Assembly: GCA_018398765.1 (NCBI GenBank)
Contig: JAHBMJ010000213.1
Location: 1-54,038 of the forward strand
DNA from: Chromera velia
Lineage: Eukaryota
Direction of reading: 5' to 3'
Length of the DNA stretch: 54,038 nt
Made by a program: the position numbers and the translations under genes. Shown here piece after piece: positions 11,901 through 23,729 of this stretch. The notes under the pieces are model-generated. The model was not told the origin of the DNA, did no database searches, and worked only from the letters and a program-made list of their open reading frames with translations. Numbering within the stretch: position 1 is the stretch's first letter; each line of letters opens with the position of its first letter.

Positions 11901-14900
11901 CAACATGGGACACAAACCAAAAGGCAGAATACTAGAGTTATGGGTTGTGACGAATCTGAAAAGCTACTGAAATCAAAACATAAGGAGCACAAGGAAAAAA
12001 ACTTGAGGACTAGGTGCAAGCTGTCAGAGAACCTAACTCTCTTGAAGGGGACCGACGACGAGCTAATAAAGAGTTGTCCCAGCATTCAGCATGGAACATT
12101 GAGAAAACATCTGACACGACGTCGTTTCGACGGACCTCATCTTGGGCGTTCAAGTCAGCACCTGCATCTATCAGAACTCTGAGCATTTCTGCTTGTCCGT
12201 AGCGAGAAGCTTCGTGAGCAGCAGTCCAGTTCCTCTCCTGCAGGCAGGCCATTATCATTGAGGGAGGCAGCAGGTGCGGAAGGATAAATCCAGAGGAAAA
12301 GAAAAACCAAATCCGACGAAGCAGAAACAGAGCAATGTATTGGCAAAATGGAAGAATACAGAAACAAATCATGGAGAAACACGGCAGACAAGTTGGTGGA
12401 AGAAAAACGTCACAAAAGTACATTACTTTGCTGGTCCGTCCTTCATTTGCCAACATTATTCTGGACAAAAGCATCTCCACTGGGACTCGATCAACCCCGC
12501 GGGCTTTGTGAGACATTGTGTCATGGAAAAGCGCAGATTTGCATTAATTCTGAACTAATGTGCGGACTCAAAACTACTGCATGGCCTTTTGACCCGTCAA
12601 ATAGAATCATCCAAAGGAAGGGCCCAGAGGAAGGAGGCGGATACAAGTAGCTCAAGGAAAGCAAAAAGGGGAGATCATGGAATCAATGGAGGTGATGGGA
12701 GAACCGACCAAAGTGATACTCTTCCAACGCACATTCACATCAACAAGACCGAGCTTCAGCAGAGCCTTCACATGCAGAGGCTTTCCTTTGCCTGTAGCTT
12801 GCGTTTCCTCTCGGAGACTCTCCGCAGTCACATTGAGGAAAAGGTCCAGCTGCACATGCAGGAGAAAAAATAGGTGTACGAGGAGCTGGTTGATCAGAAC
12901 CCATGGACTGATCAGCACTGGCATTGGGTCTCACATTGCCGGTACTTCTAGGCATAAGAGAAATCCTTTTGCATGACGAGCTTTTCATCTTTTCACGGAA
13001 GGGAATGGGTGAGAGAGATGAGAGGTGTAGTTTGAATGGACGCGAGACAGGTAGACCAGTTCTGCATTTCATTAACGGCATAACTCTGGCAGGTCTCACC
13101 GGACAATCCAAGAACTGCGCACACTCTTCCGCTGTCGGTCGATCAGCCGGGTTCTCTCTCCACATGCAGGATACGAGGGGGCGCAATGCCTCGGGAATCT
13201 CCTGCAAGGCGCACATGAACGTGCAGTCAGGATTGGAAGACGGGAAGGGGTTGCGCATACTTCCAAACACAGATTCTGAGGTATAGAGACCTTCAGAGAG
13301 GCGACATACTGCAAGAACGTAGACTCCGAGGAAAAGCAGGCAGAAAAGAACCCGAAAACGCACACCTGAAGAGACGGCCGCTGTCCATCAATTACACGTT
13401 GCCGAAGCACCGTTCTCTTCTCTTTTCGGTCTTCCGGCAATCCTGTCCCCTCCCACACCCTCTTTCCAGACAGCAGTTCCCACATAAGAACCCCCAGAGC
13501 GTACACGTCGGTGTTCTCGGTCGGTGTTTCGTCTCTCCACTGCTCGTGTGCCATGTAAAGAGGCGTGCCCCCTCTACCGGCATCAACGAAGTACCCATCA
13601 GAGCTCTGCAGCGTCGCAAGGCCGAAGTCACAGACGCGTATCGCCTCACACACCGACCGGGTCCACTCAGCGACCTTGGTTTCATCCACTTGGATTTCCT
13701 TGAGCTTCTCGCCAGGCACACGCTTGAGAAGGACATTTTCCCGCTTCAGGTCCAAGTGTAGAATTCCCATCTTGTGCAAACCTTTGAGGGCATTCGCGAT
13801 CGTCTGAAAAATGGGTACTGCTGATTGTGCGCATAGAGGTCCCCTGCTTGTGAGCTTAGTCAAATCACCCTCACAGAGCTCCAAAACTGGAAGGGTGCTA
13901 TCCTGCAGGGGAATCAAGAGAGGGCAAAGGACAGGTGTGGGCTACCAAGCAATTTTTAAAGGGAGCGTCTTACGGGTCAATCTCGGACAAGCACTCAAAC
14001 CCAGAAACTGGCCAAATGAATCATGGACACAGAGGGGAAACGGAAGGTCACATAACAGATGCATGGAAGAAACCGAGTCACAATGCACAATTGAAGAGCT
14101 CCATATTTCTTTCCCCGTCAATTCGATCATCTGGCCGGTGCAGGATAGGCCCCGAAGAATTTGCAGATGTGGGCGTCCGAGACGCTCTGCATCAAAGCGT
14201 TGACCTCTTTGGCAACCTTTGTTCTGTGTTCTTCCCTCCCCTCCGCAGTCACAAAACTTCCTCTGCGGTCTCTGTCGTTCTTCTCCTTGATTCTCTTCAC
14301 GGCCACAGGCACCACCCCATTGATTGTTCCTTTGAAAACGCTCCCAAAGCCTCCCTTCCCCAGGAAGGGGTTTTCCGCAAGTACGAGACCGGGAACAGCG
14401 GCAATCTCTTCAGGGGTGAGAAGTGGAGGCGGGGCTCGCTGCTGTAGATTGCATTGAGGCATGCGAGAGAGATTGAAGTAAAAAGAAATGCAACAGACCG
14501 AGGTCAGGCGAACCCAAGAGGGGAGGCGATAAGAGGTGGAAGACTAGAGCCTCGTCCGTGAAGGTCACTCGAAGGAGGGTAGAAATGCAAAGGTACATAA
14601 ACCAAGGGGGTAGATCACTTCGGTCTTTTTCACTTGTGTGCTTTCATCAAGTCATTGGTGAGAGCACACCGCCATGAAGACAGAAAAAGGCGGGCGCGCA
14701 AGAGAACAAGGGCAACAGAAAAGCAGACCTGCGGCGCAGTCGGGGACAAAGAGCCAAGAACACAAAGAGAGGAAAAGTTGCATGAGAGATGCAGCAGAGT
14801 GGCACATTGTTGGAGTTGAAAAGGTTCAAAGCGACTGACGCGGACGTCTTGGCGGCTATCAGTGTTCTTGTGGAGGTCAGGGTTTACCTCCTCTCGGCAG

Positions 14901-16237
14901 ATCTGCAGTACCGGCTCCTCTCTTTGGAGCATTCCAGCGGAAAGTATCTTCAGAGACCCCCCCTCAGACAAAAGAAACCCAACACAAGGCTTCGACTGCT
15001 TCATGAAACGCTCCACAACCCCCACCAGCGCCTTATGACGGGTGCCGCTGTTTCTGATAGTGCGTGATGGCAACCAGTCAGGAAGAGCAGCGGAGGCTGC
15101 TTTGATCTTGCCGCTTCGACTGGACACAAGAAAGGCCCCGTCTCTTGTTATTCCCTTTTCGTCTCTGTCACCTTTTTCGTGACGTGTGTAAGAGGACAGA
15201 AGCTGTGGGAAGTCTTCATCAAAGACGCACTTCCCTTCAAGCGATCTCACGAGGTGCTGCCCGTCTGTGTAAGTCAGCTCACCGGTAAACTCTTCGCGCA
15301 AGGCATTCTTATCAGAGATGAAAAAGAGAGCAGCGTGCCCGCCATCCACCATCAGCAGGTCATGAAGCAGCCGACTGGTGTGGAGTACGGTGTCCGTCTT
15401 TCCACTGTCTTTGCCTCCGCTTCTCTGTCCTTCTAAAGAGAATTCTCTTTCTGCAACTCCTCTGGTCTTCGCTTCCCACTCCGCCTGGTTTCTCGCAGTT
15501 TCGACAACCAGAGGCTCACATGCCCGAGGCACAATTGGCTGGGAACTCGTGGCAGTGACGGTCACCGTGCCTGGGTGGGGCGGGCAGTCGCTTTCTTTGA
15601 TTGATCCGCCTGTGGCCTGGTGGCCGGGCAGAGGGCGTGCGCCTTCACTGCCATCTGCAACACAATCGTGCGATCGAGGGTGCAAACGGGCAGGTTCGAC
15701 AGACCGAGGCCCACCAGGAGTCCCCTCATGGCCTGCAACGATTCGTGAAGCCAGATACATGCAGAAGGTACAGGCTTCGCGAGTGCATGCACGTGTATGG
15801 AACCATGGAAGAAATCGAGACAGCGACCCAGTGGAAGGACCGCCGTCAATTGCTGATGCGGTATATTCAGGATGGAAAGGACTCAGAGGCCGGCGCGGAC
15901 GAGAAGCAAAGCACCGTGTGGGGTCAGACCACACAGCTTCCGACCAATGGAGTTCCATGCACAAGGTAGAGCAGCGCACAAAAATTTACCGAGGATAGAC
16001 AGCAAGAGTGTCTCTCTCTATAGACGTTCACGAACGAGATGCATTCTGAAAACAAGGGAAGAAGGCATCAGAGAGGAAATTAAACACCTTCACACACGGT
16101 CACCCACCCGGCAGCCATTGATTCTGTTCAGGGAGTAAGGACTCTTCCTCGAACGTCCCCTGCTCAAAGTCGCCGATGTTCCAACTGTCACTCCCCGCTG
16201 CACCCCCCGCATTGTCAATTTCTCCCTCAGTTTTCAT
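5958..16237 (-). CDS. Multidomain locus: DAC (DisA_N-like) domain + protein kinase + ankyrin repeats + pseudokinase + ankyrin repeats (one gene, or possibly two adjacent genes)
   Basis: Exons supported by frame and splice sites: 16237-16108, 15654-14840 (DAC), 14441-14136, 13902-13366, 13201-13100 (kinase 1), 12849-12709, 12237-12136, 11897-11799, 11554-11450 (ANK), unresolved linker about 11450-10694, 10693-10433, 10252-9788, 9398-9294 (kinase 2), 8968-8867, 8475-8377, 8159-8061, 7579-7481, 6880-6782, 6077-5958 (ANK, stop). Extra small exons near the 5' end and near 9080 are possible. Confidence 0.75.
9294..10693 (-). other. Protein kinase domain 2, pseudokinase
   Basis: The kinase fold motifs YIAPEQW, DVYALG and WELLSG are retained. 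The Gly loop is KEGNLG, the catalytic loop is PGVLKLEN (no Asp) and DFG is replaced by GFG. Confidence 0.85.
11450..12849 (-). other. Ankyrin repeat block 1 (about 3-4 repeats)
   Basis: Repeats GLVDVN, NWTAAHEASRYGQAEMLRVLIDAGADLN, GCTPAHRAAELGSVEILQILANAGADLK and NATPADVA each sit on their own phase-0 exon. Confidence 0.88.
13100..14441 (-). other. Protein kinase domain 1 (TKL-like), catalytically intact
   Basis: Motifs GKGGFGSV, VAVK, alphaC E (AKEV), HLDLKREN, DFG, GTPLYMAHE, DVYALG and RPTA are present over three exons. Confidence 0.9.
14930..15380 (-). other. DisA_N / diadenylate cyclase (DAC)-like domain
   Basis: The translation HAALFFI...RDGAFLV...SGKIKAASAAL...SGTRHKAL...GFLLSEGG reproduces the DAC motif series GALIV / DGA / GTRHRAA / SEE. 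DGA lies at 15134-15142 and GTRH at 15035-15046. Confidence 0.8.
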
Positions 16238-17703
16238 CTTCCCTTCAAGAAATTAAGTCCAACGCACAGAGAAGTCAAGCTGCCCCCACTGATTCTAGCC
16301 GTGGCTCACAGTTGAAATCTGCCTATTCTCTTTCTCCAGCAATCCTACTGAAGCATCTGGAGCTGATCACGCAATGGGGCCAACGATACAGAATAAATCT
16401 TCTTGAAAATCCTTGTAAAGAATTGACTGTTGTTCGACCTGTTCTGACTCGAAATTTTCTGAACGGCGGAATCATGCAAGATTGAAGGCGATCCCTTGCT
16501 GATTGACATTTTCGTGCCACAAAAGACCTTCTCGAGTGCATGAACCCGTCTCAGCAGTATACTGATCGTACGAAGGTACAATCATACGGACGATATATAG
16601 CTAAAGGTCAGACAATTATGTATGCACCCAAGCAAGGCCCGAATCGGTTCGCAACATGCATGGCCCCGGAGGGCGCAGAGTTTTGCTTGGAGCGCGTGTT
16701 CGCACGGAGCTCTCCGCCCGGGGGGCACTTACTCCCTGCGACCTCTGTTATGTCACTGTCACAAATATATGCATGCATGACTGACTAAGCATTAGACAAA
16801 AGGCTGGACAAAGGCCATGCATGTTAAAATTTATTTCCCTATATGTACGCATGAGAAAAGTGGTCTGAAGAACGATGTCTGCGAACCGACTTTATGCATG
16901 TAGTGAATGCAGGATACCTACTGACGCGTAGATGCAGACCTTACCCGATTTCTCAAAGATTTTAAGCACTAATCCCGAAATTATGGCAAAATAACTTTAA
17001 ACAACCACTTTCAATTTTTTGTTTTCCACTTTCAAAATTGTTTTTAATGAGTTTTTAAGCACATATCGACCCTAAGGCTTAAAAACAGTTTAATATAAGT
17101 CTCCAATCATGAGTCCAATGTGCCATTTACATTGATCCCAAACTTAGCTCCGACAAATCGGCTGAAGTCTCAGTCCACGTAAAGCTAAGCCCTGATACAA
17201 AGACTTCATATAAAGATCGAACGAATATACAAACAACCGAGATGCAGCTCGGGCCCCGGCATTAATTAAAAATTTAATTTGATTCTATCAGCAGGTTTAA
17301 AAACTGAGTTAAAACATTTTTTGTGAACGAGATTTTGGTTCGAATTGCACCTAGGTCGCTCACTTTTTATATGTTTCAAGCGTTCTGTCAATTAATTGCA
17401 TAATTTTTACTGTGGTTCCCGGCTAGTGCCGGATTACTGCCGGTTCGAACAACTTACTATTACCAAACAACTTATTAGATGACTTTAATGAAGTTATTAT
17501 TTTTTTTTTGCAAGTGCTTTTTAGTATCTATTAAAAAATTATAAAACAGTTAACATGCAAAGAATTATCGGAAAATAATAATAACATGATATTCAAACAT
17601 GTATAAAGTTGTCTAAACCTCAGAAATCAGATTGTGAAAGAGCAATGAGATGTTTTAATAGTAGAGGCCTCTTTGCCTTCCTAAAAGCGAAATTGAATAA
17701 ATT

Positions 17704-20700
17704 CTAACGGGCGAGGGCTTTGCTTTTCTGAGTGGTACAGAAGCTGACAGTCTGTCCCTTCCTTGCGTTTGCCCCCTTTTCCCTTCCCCTCTCTCCTTCT
17801 GCGTGAGGTTCTCCTCTCCAGTCGCACTCTGCTGCCGAGGAGGAGTCAGAGGGACGGGACCGGGGGCGTGCATACGGTGGTGCTCTTTCTCGACCCTCGT
17901 TGCTCGGTCTTGGCTCTCCTCTCGAATTGTCCTTTCGGTGAAAGTCCTTTGCAGATCTGGTGCCTGGATGCGACAGCGTATCTTTCAGCCGTCGCAGTGC
18001 ACCCGCAGCGACAGCCTCCAAGTCTGCTACCCGACAGGCGAGGAATGCAGAAGAGGAACTGCGTGACATCGCACCCTTGTCAGACCCCTCAGACACAATC
18101 GTGGCAGGGAGGGGGGCCTTTGCTTGACTCGCTGTGTGGCCCTCCCTCTCCTGATGCTGTTGGATTGGACGGCTGTGACTAGACTGTGCCGGTGGGTCGA
18201 AAGAAGAGGTTGCGGTCTGGGTGTCGGAGTGAGAGAATTCAGACGCGCCGGAAGTAGAGGCGGGACGGGGCCCTGCCTCATAGGGCCCTGAGGGGGTGGG
18301 GACGAGAGCGGGGGCAGACTCTCTTCGAATGCTGGGAGATCTACAGCCCTGCAACCTGCCCTGTTCTCTTCTCATCATGTGATTCCTCCCAGCAGAACTT
18401 CCACGTCTTTCTGCAAACTCACTCCACTCCTGCACATGGTCCCTCGAATCATGCCCTTCTCTCTCTTCGTGAGGTTCTCTGGGGACCTGATGAGGGGGGC
18501 CGTCTGGTGGGCTTCTTCTCTCTTCTACTGCTGCTTGGCTGTGTCGTCTTTGAGCACCTGTGATCCTTCTGGACTGGTAGTGAGGGGACGTTTCGGTGGT
18601 AGTCGTTGGATGCTCTTCTGAATGGTGTCCGTGCGGAGGACGGGAAATGTCCTGATGGAAAGAAGAAGACGAGGAAAGGGGGGGCTGCTTCCACTGCACA
18701 CCTAAGTAGCCTTCTGCGGGGGAGGGACCATGAGCATAGGTGATGGGACTGGACCTTGTTTTGGCTTTTCCACTTTCCTGATGCTCCTTTGGGTCGGACT
18801 CCCTGTCTCTGGTCATAAACCCCCTCTGACTTCTTTGGTGCCCCTCAACAAACGATCCTGTACTGCCACGGCGATCCCGTGCCTCATGCCGCCGCCGGGG
18901 GGGCGGTAGATGATCTTCAGGTCTCGAGGACTGGGCAGGAAATCCGGAGAACTCGCAAATCTTTGGGGAGGGTCCGGTGGGATTGGTCAGGGGAAAACGG
19001 GACACTCTCCGAGATCCCCTCTCCTCCTCGTGACTAAAGAATCCGTCTGCTGCTTGCGAAGAGGCAGCAGAGCGAGTGTGCGTGGAACGGAGACGGCGTT
19101 GCTTCCATCTGAGAAGCGGGCTTTCCCTCTCTGCGTCTAACTCTATAGGGGGCCCATGGTCGACATTCACAGTCACGTTTGGGTATCCTTGGTGGTCTGT
19201 CTCTCTCTCTGGTTGCCATTCGGGGCTCATGCCTCTCTGTCTCTCTCTCCAGCTAGGGGAGGAGGGACGTCCCTCTGGTTGCTCGGCGCTCCAGTTGGAA
19301 GGGTGCGATGGGTTTTGCGCAAAGGAGTAGGAAGGATAGAAAGGGGGATATATGTAGGGGGGATTTGTGGGTCTCGAAGGAGGGTTGGGAGCTTGAGGAG
19401 GGGCGTGGGGGGGAAAGAGAGGATTGTGTGGTTGAGAGAAATTCCAGAAGGATGCGTCAGGCTGAGGTGGGGGGACGTGAGAGGGTGGATGGGGTGGCTG
19501 GTCGTGGGCAGCGTAGGCGGGGGCTGGGTGTGAGTGCGGAGGGTGGGACGTAGAGTAAAACTTTGAGGGGGGGGCGCTTCCTTTGAGAGAGGGGAACAGG
19601 GGAGGAGGGTGAGGTTCGTATGTGTTGAAGTTGGGCCACAACTGGTGTGTTTGGCCTGTGTGAGCTTCACCCGTGCTTTGTTGGGGGTGCGGGAAGTACC
19701 CTAGGCTATGTCTATGCCCTTTTTGTGGGAGTGTGTGTGCGGTCGGGGGGATCGGCAGAGACTCTGAGTGGGTCTTCAGGGCTGCCAGAAGTCGCTCTGC
19801 TGCTTCATGAACAGGTTCGGAACTTTGGGGCACCGGGAAGGGGAGTCCTTGAGGGATGGGTGCCGTTCCTGGACGCTCTGCCATGAGAGGGTGGTGTGGG
19901 GTTGTGTTTAGATGATATCCAGTCTGCAAGTTTACTCTTGGGTGTGTGTCTAGTTCGGGTAGACTGTCAGAGTGCTCACGTCTCATCTGGTCTCTGGAGT
20001 TTGTCTCTCCTTCTCTGTCTCCTTCTACAGCAGCTGTCAGACGTTGAAGAAGAGAAATGAGCTCACTTCTGTCCCCCCCCTGCACCCCTTTCCCTTGGCT
20101 TCTCCCTCCATTTCCATTGGTTTGAGGCCCTGGATTCCTTCCTGCTGTGCGGGCCTTTCGCCTTCCTCCCGCAGGACGAGAGGAAGACGAAAAGCCCCCG
20201 GAAGGAACAGGGGGGGAGGACGAAGAGGAGGACGCGGATCTTCCCGTAGTCGCATGTGGAAAACCAAAGAAAGCACCAGAAGGGGGAGGAGACGACGGAC
20301 GGGTTCCGCAGTCCTGTCCGAAGATCCCCGCGGCTCCGTTCCCCCCATGCCCCCCATTCCCCCCATGCCCCGCATGCCATCCCGTCTCTCCAGGGAGAGA
20401 GCCGAAGGCACCAGACTGATGTGCAAGGTTGGTAGAGGGGGGGGGCATGTGGGCACTCACTTTTGCCCTCTTTGCCCTCTCTGCTTCTTCTGCTGTATCC
20501 TCGCTGATCATTTCTCCACACCCATTTACGGCAAAGGCCGGACCCTCACAAGAGGGATTCACCTGGCGACGAACAGTCGCAGGGCCTCGCAATCCTCTGC
20601 CCCCCATAAGCAACGATGAAGAGTTGCCCACCCCCGTTTCGCCCTCGAAGGTCGGGGGGGAATATCCGACCGACGCATTTGCACCCCCCCAAGGAATGGA

Positions 20701-23316
20701 GAAGGAGCTCTGCGTCGGGGGCTCTTCGACCAGGTCGCCTGGAGACGGAGGCGGACAGGGAGGAGATGGGGAAACTCCATATGACCCCCCTCCCCGTGTC
20801 TGCTGGTGCAGAGGAGAACCGAACGAAAGCTGCGCGGACGGTAGGCAGCCCGCGCTTTTGCTTCTCGGAAGGGGCTGGAGGACTGCTGTGGTCTGGGCGG
20901 GCGCATTAGAAGGCACACCGCAATGGGTCTGGGTGTTTATATCTGCGAGGTCGCCTGCCCTTTTTCCAGACAGGGACAGGGAGAGTGATCGTTGCTGCAC
21001 ATGGACGGAGGACGTGTGACGATTCTGTGAATTCCCGTTCCCTCCCGGCAGAGAGGGTAAGGGGGAGAGAAGAATTCGACCTGGCAGAGATGGGACAGGT
21101 GAGCCACTGGGGACGTTGCACGATTGGGTCGAGGGCATGAGGACAGCATGTGAGGAGGCAGCAGGGGAGTGGGCGGACGCCAAGGGAATAGGTGCGTGGT
21201 GCACTGTGGACGAGGCGGCATTATTTGGGCTGCTGCTACACACACCCACACCTCTATCCGTCTCTGGAGAAATCTCCATTCCTTTTCCCGACCCAAAATG
21301 TGGTGCGTCTACGTTGGACGATTCAGGAGAACTTCTCGGCTGTAAAGGCTGCAGAATGATGCCTTTCGGGCCCTCCCCCCCTCCCCCAATCTGTACACCT
21401 TCAGAACCCCAAATCATGCCTTCATTGGCATTCCCGAACTCCGGCTGTGGTCGGATAGACGCGGCTGCTGCCTGGGACGAACTCAAATGTTCCTCTTCTT
21501 CAGGTTGGGGTTGCGATCCTGCCCTCATCCTTGTTCCCGGAAGCAAAGGGGGAGAGGGAATCTGCTTGGGAGGTGGGTCATCGAATGCCTCTATCCTTTC
21601 TGAAAAATCCCCTCCTCCCAAACTTTGAGAAAACCCCAAATGCCGCGACTCAGCCTCTGTTGCCGTCTCCTCGGCACGCCCACCCCTTGACCGACTACTC
21701 ACCTGACTCTGCCCGTGCCCCGGCGTCTCACTCTCCCCGCCTTCCCTTCCCCCCCGTCCCCCCCCCGTTGCTGCACGCGAATGACGACTGCACAAGGTTC
21801 CCCCCCCCTCGTTTGATCGTGAGGAGACGGGAGGGGGGGGACCCTCGTCTTCCGAGATCCCCCCGCCGTAGTCACTCGAGTCGCTGTCTGAGCCCCTGGT
21901 GCGGTAGCACGCAGACCCTTTGGGGGGCGGTGTGCGCCGTCTCCTACTCTTCCTGGAAGATCGGGGACGACGATTGCAGCAGGAGACGGCATTGTCGGAA
22001 TCCGATGAGGAGTCCCGTGGTGACAAGGTGATACGGATCTGCTTGCTTGAAACGTTCGGCGAGCAAGAAGCGGCACAGGCCTCTGAACAACAGGGAGGGG
22101 GGGTGCCCATCTTGTGGTGAATGCAGGGACGACACACGCGGGTGGCCAGCTCGGTGTCGATACAGACACCGGCAGGGGGGTCTCCGCAAAGGGGACAGGC
22201 GTGATTCATGTTGCATGTGGCTGCACAGTGGGGGCACGTTCCACATGTTTTGGCCCCAACCGGATCCTTTGGGGGAGGACAGGGGGAGCAGGGGGATGAA
22301 CAGGGAGGGGGGCAGGGGGAACAGGGGCGAGAGGGAGACGGGCAGGCGGATGGACAGGATTTCGGGAGGGGTGGAGAGCAGGGGGGTGGGGGGCAGGGAG
22401 GACAGGGGTCGCACTTTGGGGGTGCGCATCCGTATGTTGCCATTGGTTGTGCGCAGTGTCCTGTGGAGGTGAGGTGTCTGTTCCTCACCCTCTGTGCAGG
22501 GAAACAAGTGCTCCTGGGTATTCTGGGGACCTCCCCTAGGCAGGGCCACGCGGCCTGGTATCCGAAGGGCATGGGTGTGTTGGGGTCCAGAAAGGCCGGG
22601 AATAGGGGACGCAGGTTCATTGGGGCAGTCCGCGATCCCTGCAGGAAGAGAGGAGGGGCGTGGGATTCTGAAAATCAACACAATCTGATGGTATGATTCA
22701 CAAAAAGCAAACGATGCCATTCAAGATAGAGAGCTGCTTTGGAAAATTCGAATCGAGAGAATCAGCGAAAACTCCTCTATAATCCGGGCACCAAATAAAC
22801 AGAATCACTCCAAGTTCTCCAACGTAATCAAAACGGCCATCCCCAACTCTGACTGGCGCTGACCTTTCCGCATTGATTTCGACTGGCAGCCCCACACTGC
22901 GCTCCCCCCACCACTCTTCTCAAAGATGTCGCCCCCTTCCGAACAGGAGTCACCTCACAAGGACCCGCTCCACACGCTGCAGAACCCGGGCGTCCCAGCC
23001 GAGTCCGAGTTGCCTCTTCCCTGTGTTTCCTTCTCTCCATGCAGGAGAGGACCCACGCTTCATCAAAAGGCTCCTCCCCGGCGACCGTTTCCGGAGGCCC
23101 CCCCGCAGCCTCCATGGAGGACCTCAACAACGCCACAGCCCCCGGTTTAGACACAGTCCCACTGTACAGAGAATTGAACAGACTCCGCGCCTCCCCTGAA
23201 TTCCTCGGGGCTCTGTCGATGGCCCTAGAGGGGGAGGGCAGCTGCGTGCCTGAGGCAGAAGAGAACCAGACGGCTGGGCCCTGGCCCGCCTCTGGCTGGG
23301 TCTCCCCTGCTTCCAT
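17704..23316 (-). CDS. Large low-complexity (Pro/Ser/Gly/His-rich) hypothetical protein with an N-terminal Cys-rich segment
   Basis: A single open exon 22638-17704 (contains the 1638-aa ORF) is preceded by a CAG acceptor and joins in phase 0 to exon 23349-22864 (donor GTCAGC). The first in-frame ATG in that exon is at 23316, and further upstream exons are possible. Confidence 0.75.
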
Positions 23317-23693
23317 CTTTGCGGTCTCAGGGGAGGACTTGAGCTCGACCTGCACACAAGAGAAAACACAGGGAAACGATCACACACACACTCAACCATT
23401 CGTACCCTTTGAGGAACTCATCACACATCTTGCAGAAAATGAATACATTTTTTGAGTCTGAGTATATACGCACAAGGCTGCAGGATGAAGCTGTTTCTTG
23501 ACCTTCGTTGTAGATTGTGATCGGAGGAGAGAGTAGTGACCTTCAGGCGCTGCTTTAATTTCCATTCGATTCTCCTGATTGTACGATGTGAGGGAGTGCA
23601 ACGGTAAAGCCAGTTTAAAGATGAAGTGAGTGATTGCGTGTGCCACCTGTCCATCCGTCTACCCTACGGAACAGAGAGGTCTTTGCTTCTTTG

Positions 23694-23729
<36 letters not shown>

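Noticed and set aside
14630..15979. Treating the 449-aa ORF as a standalone bacterial DAC gene or contamination
   Set aside because: It has a TGCAG acceptor (15655) and a GTCAGT donor (14839), both ORF ends translate intron-like sequence, and it is embedded in a spliced eukaryotic locus.
17763..22696. Many plus-strand ORFs overlapping the 1638-aa ORF
   Set aside because: They are antisense shadows of a GC-rich coding exon with no motifs.
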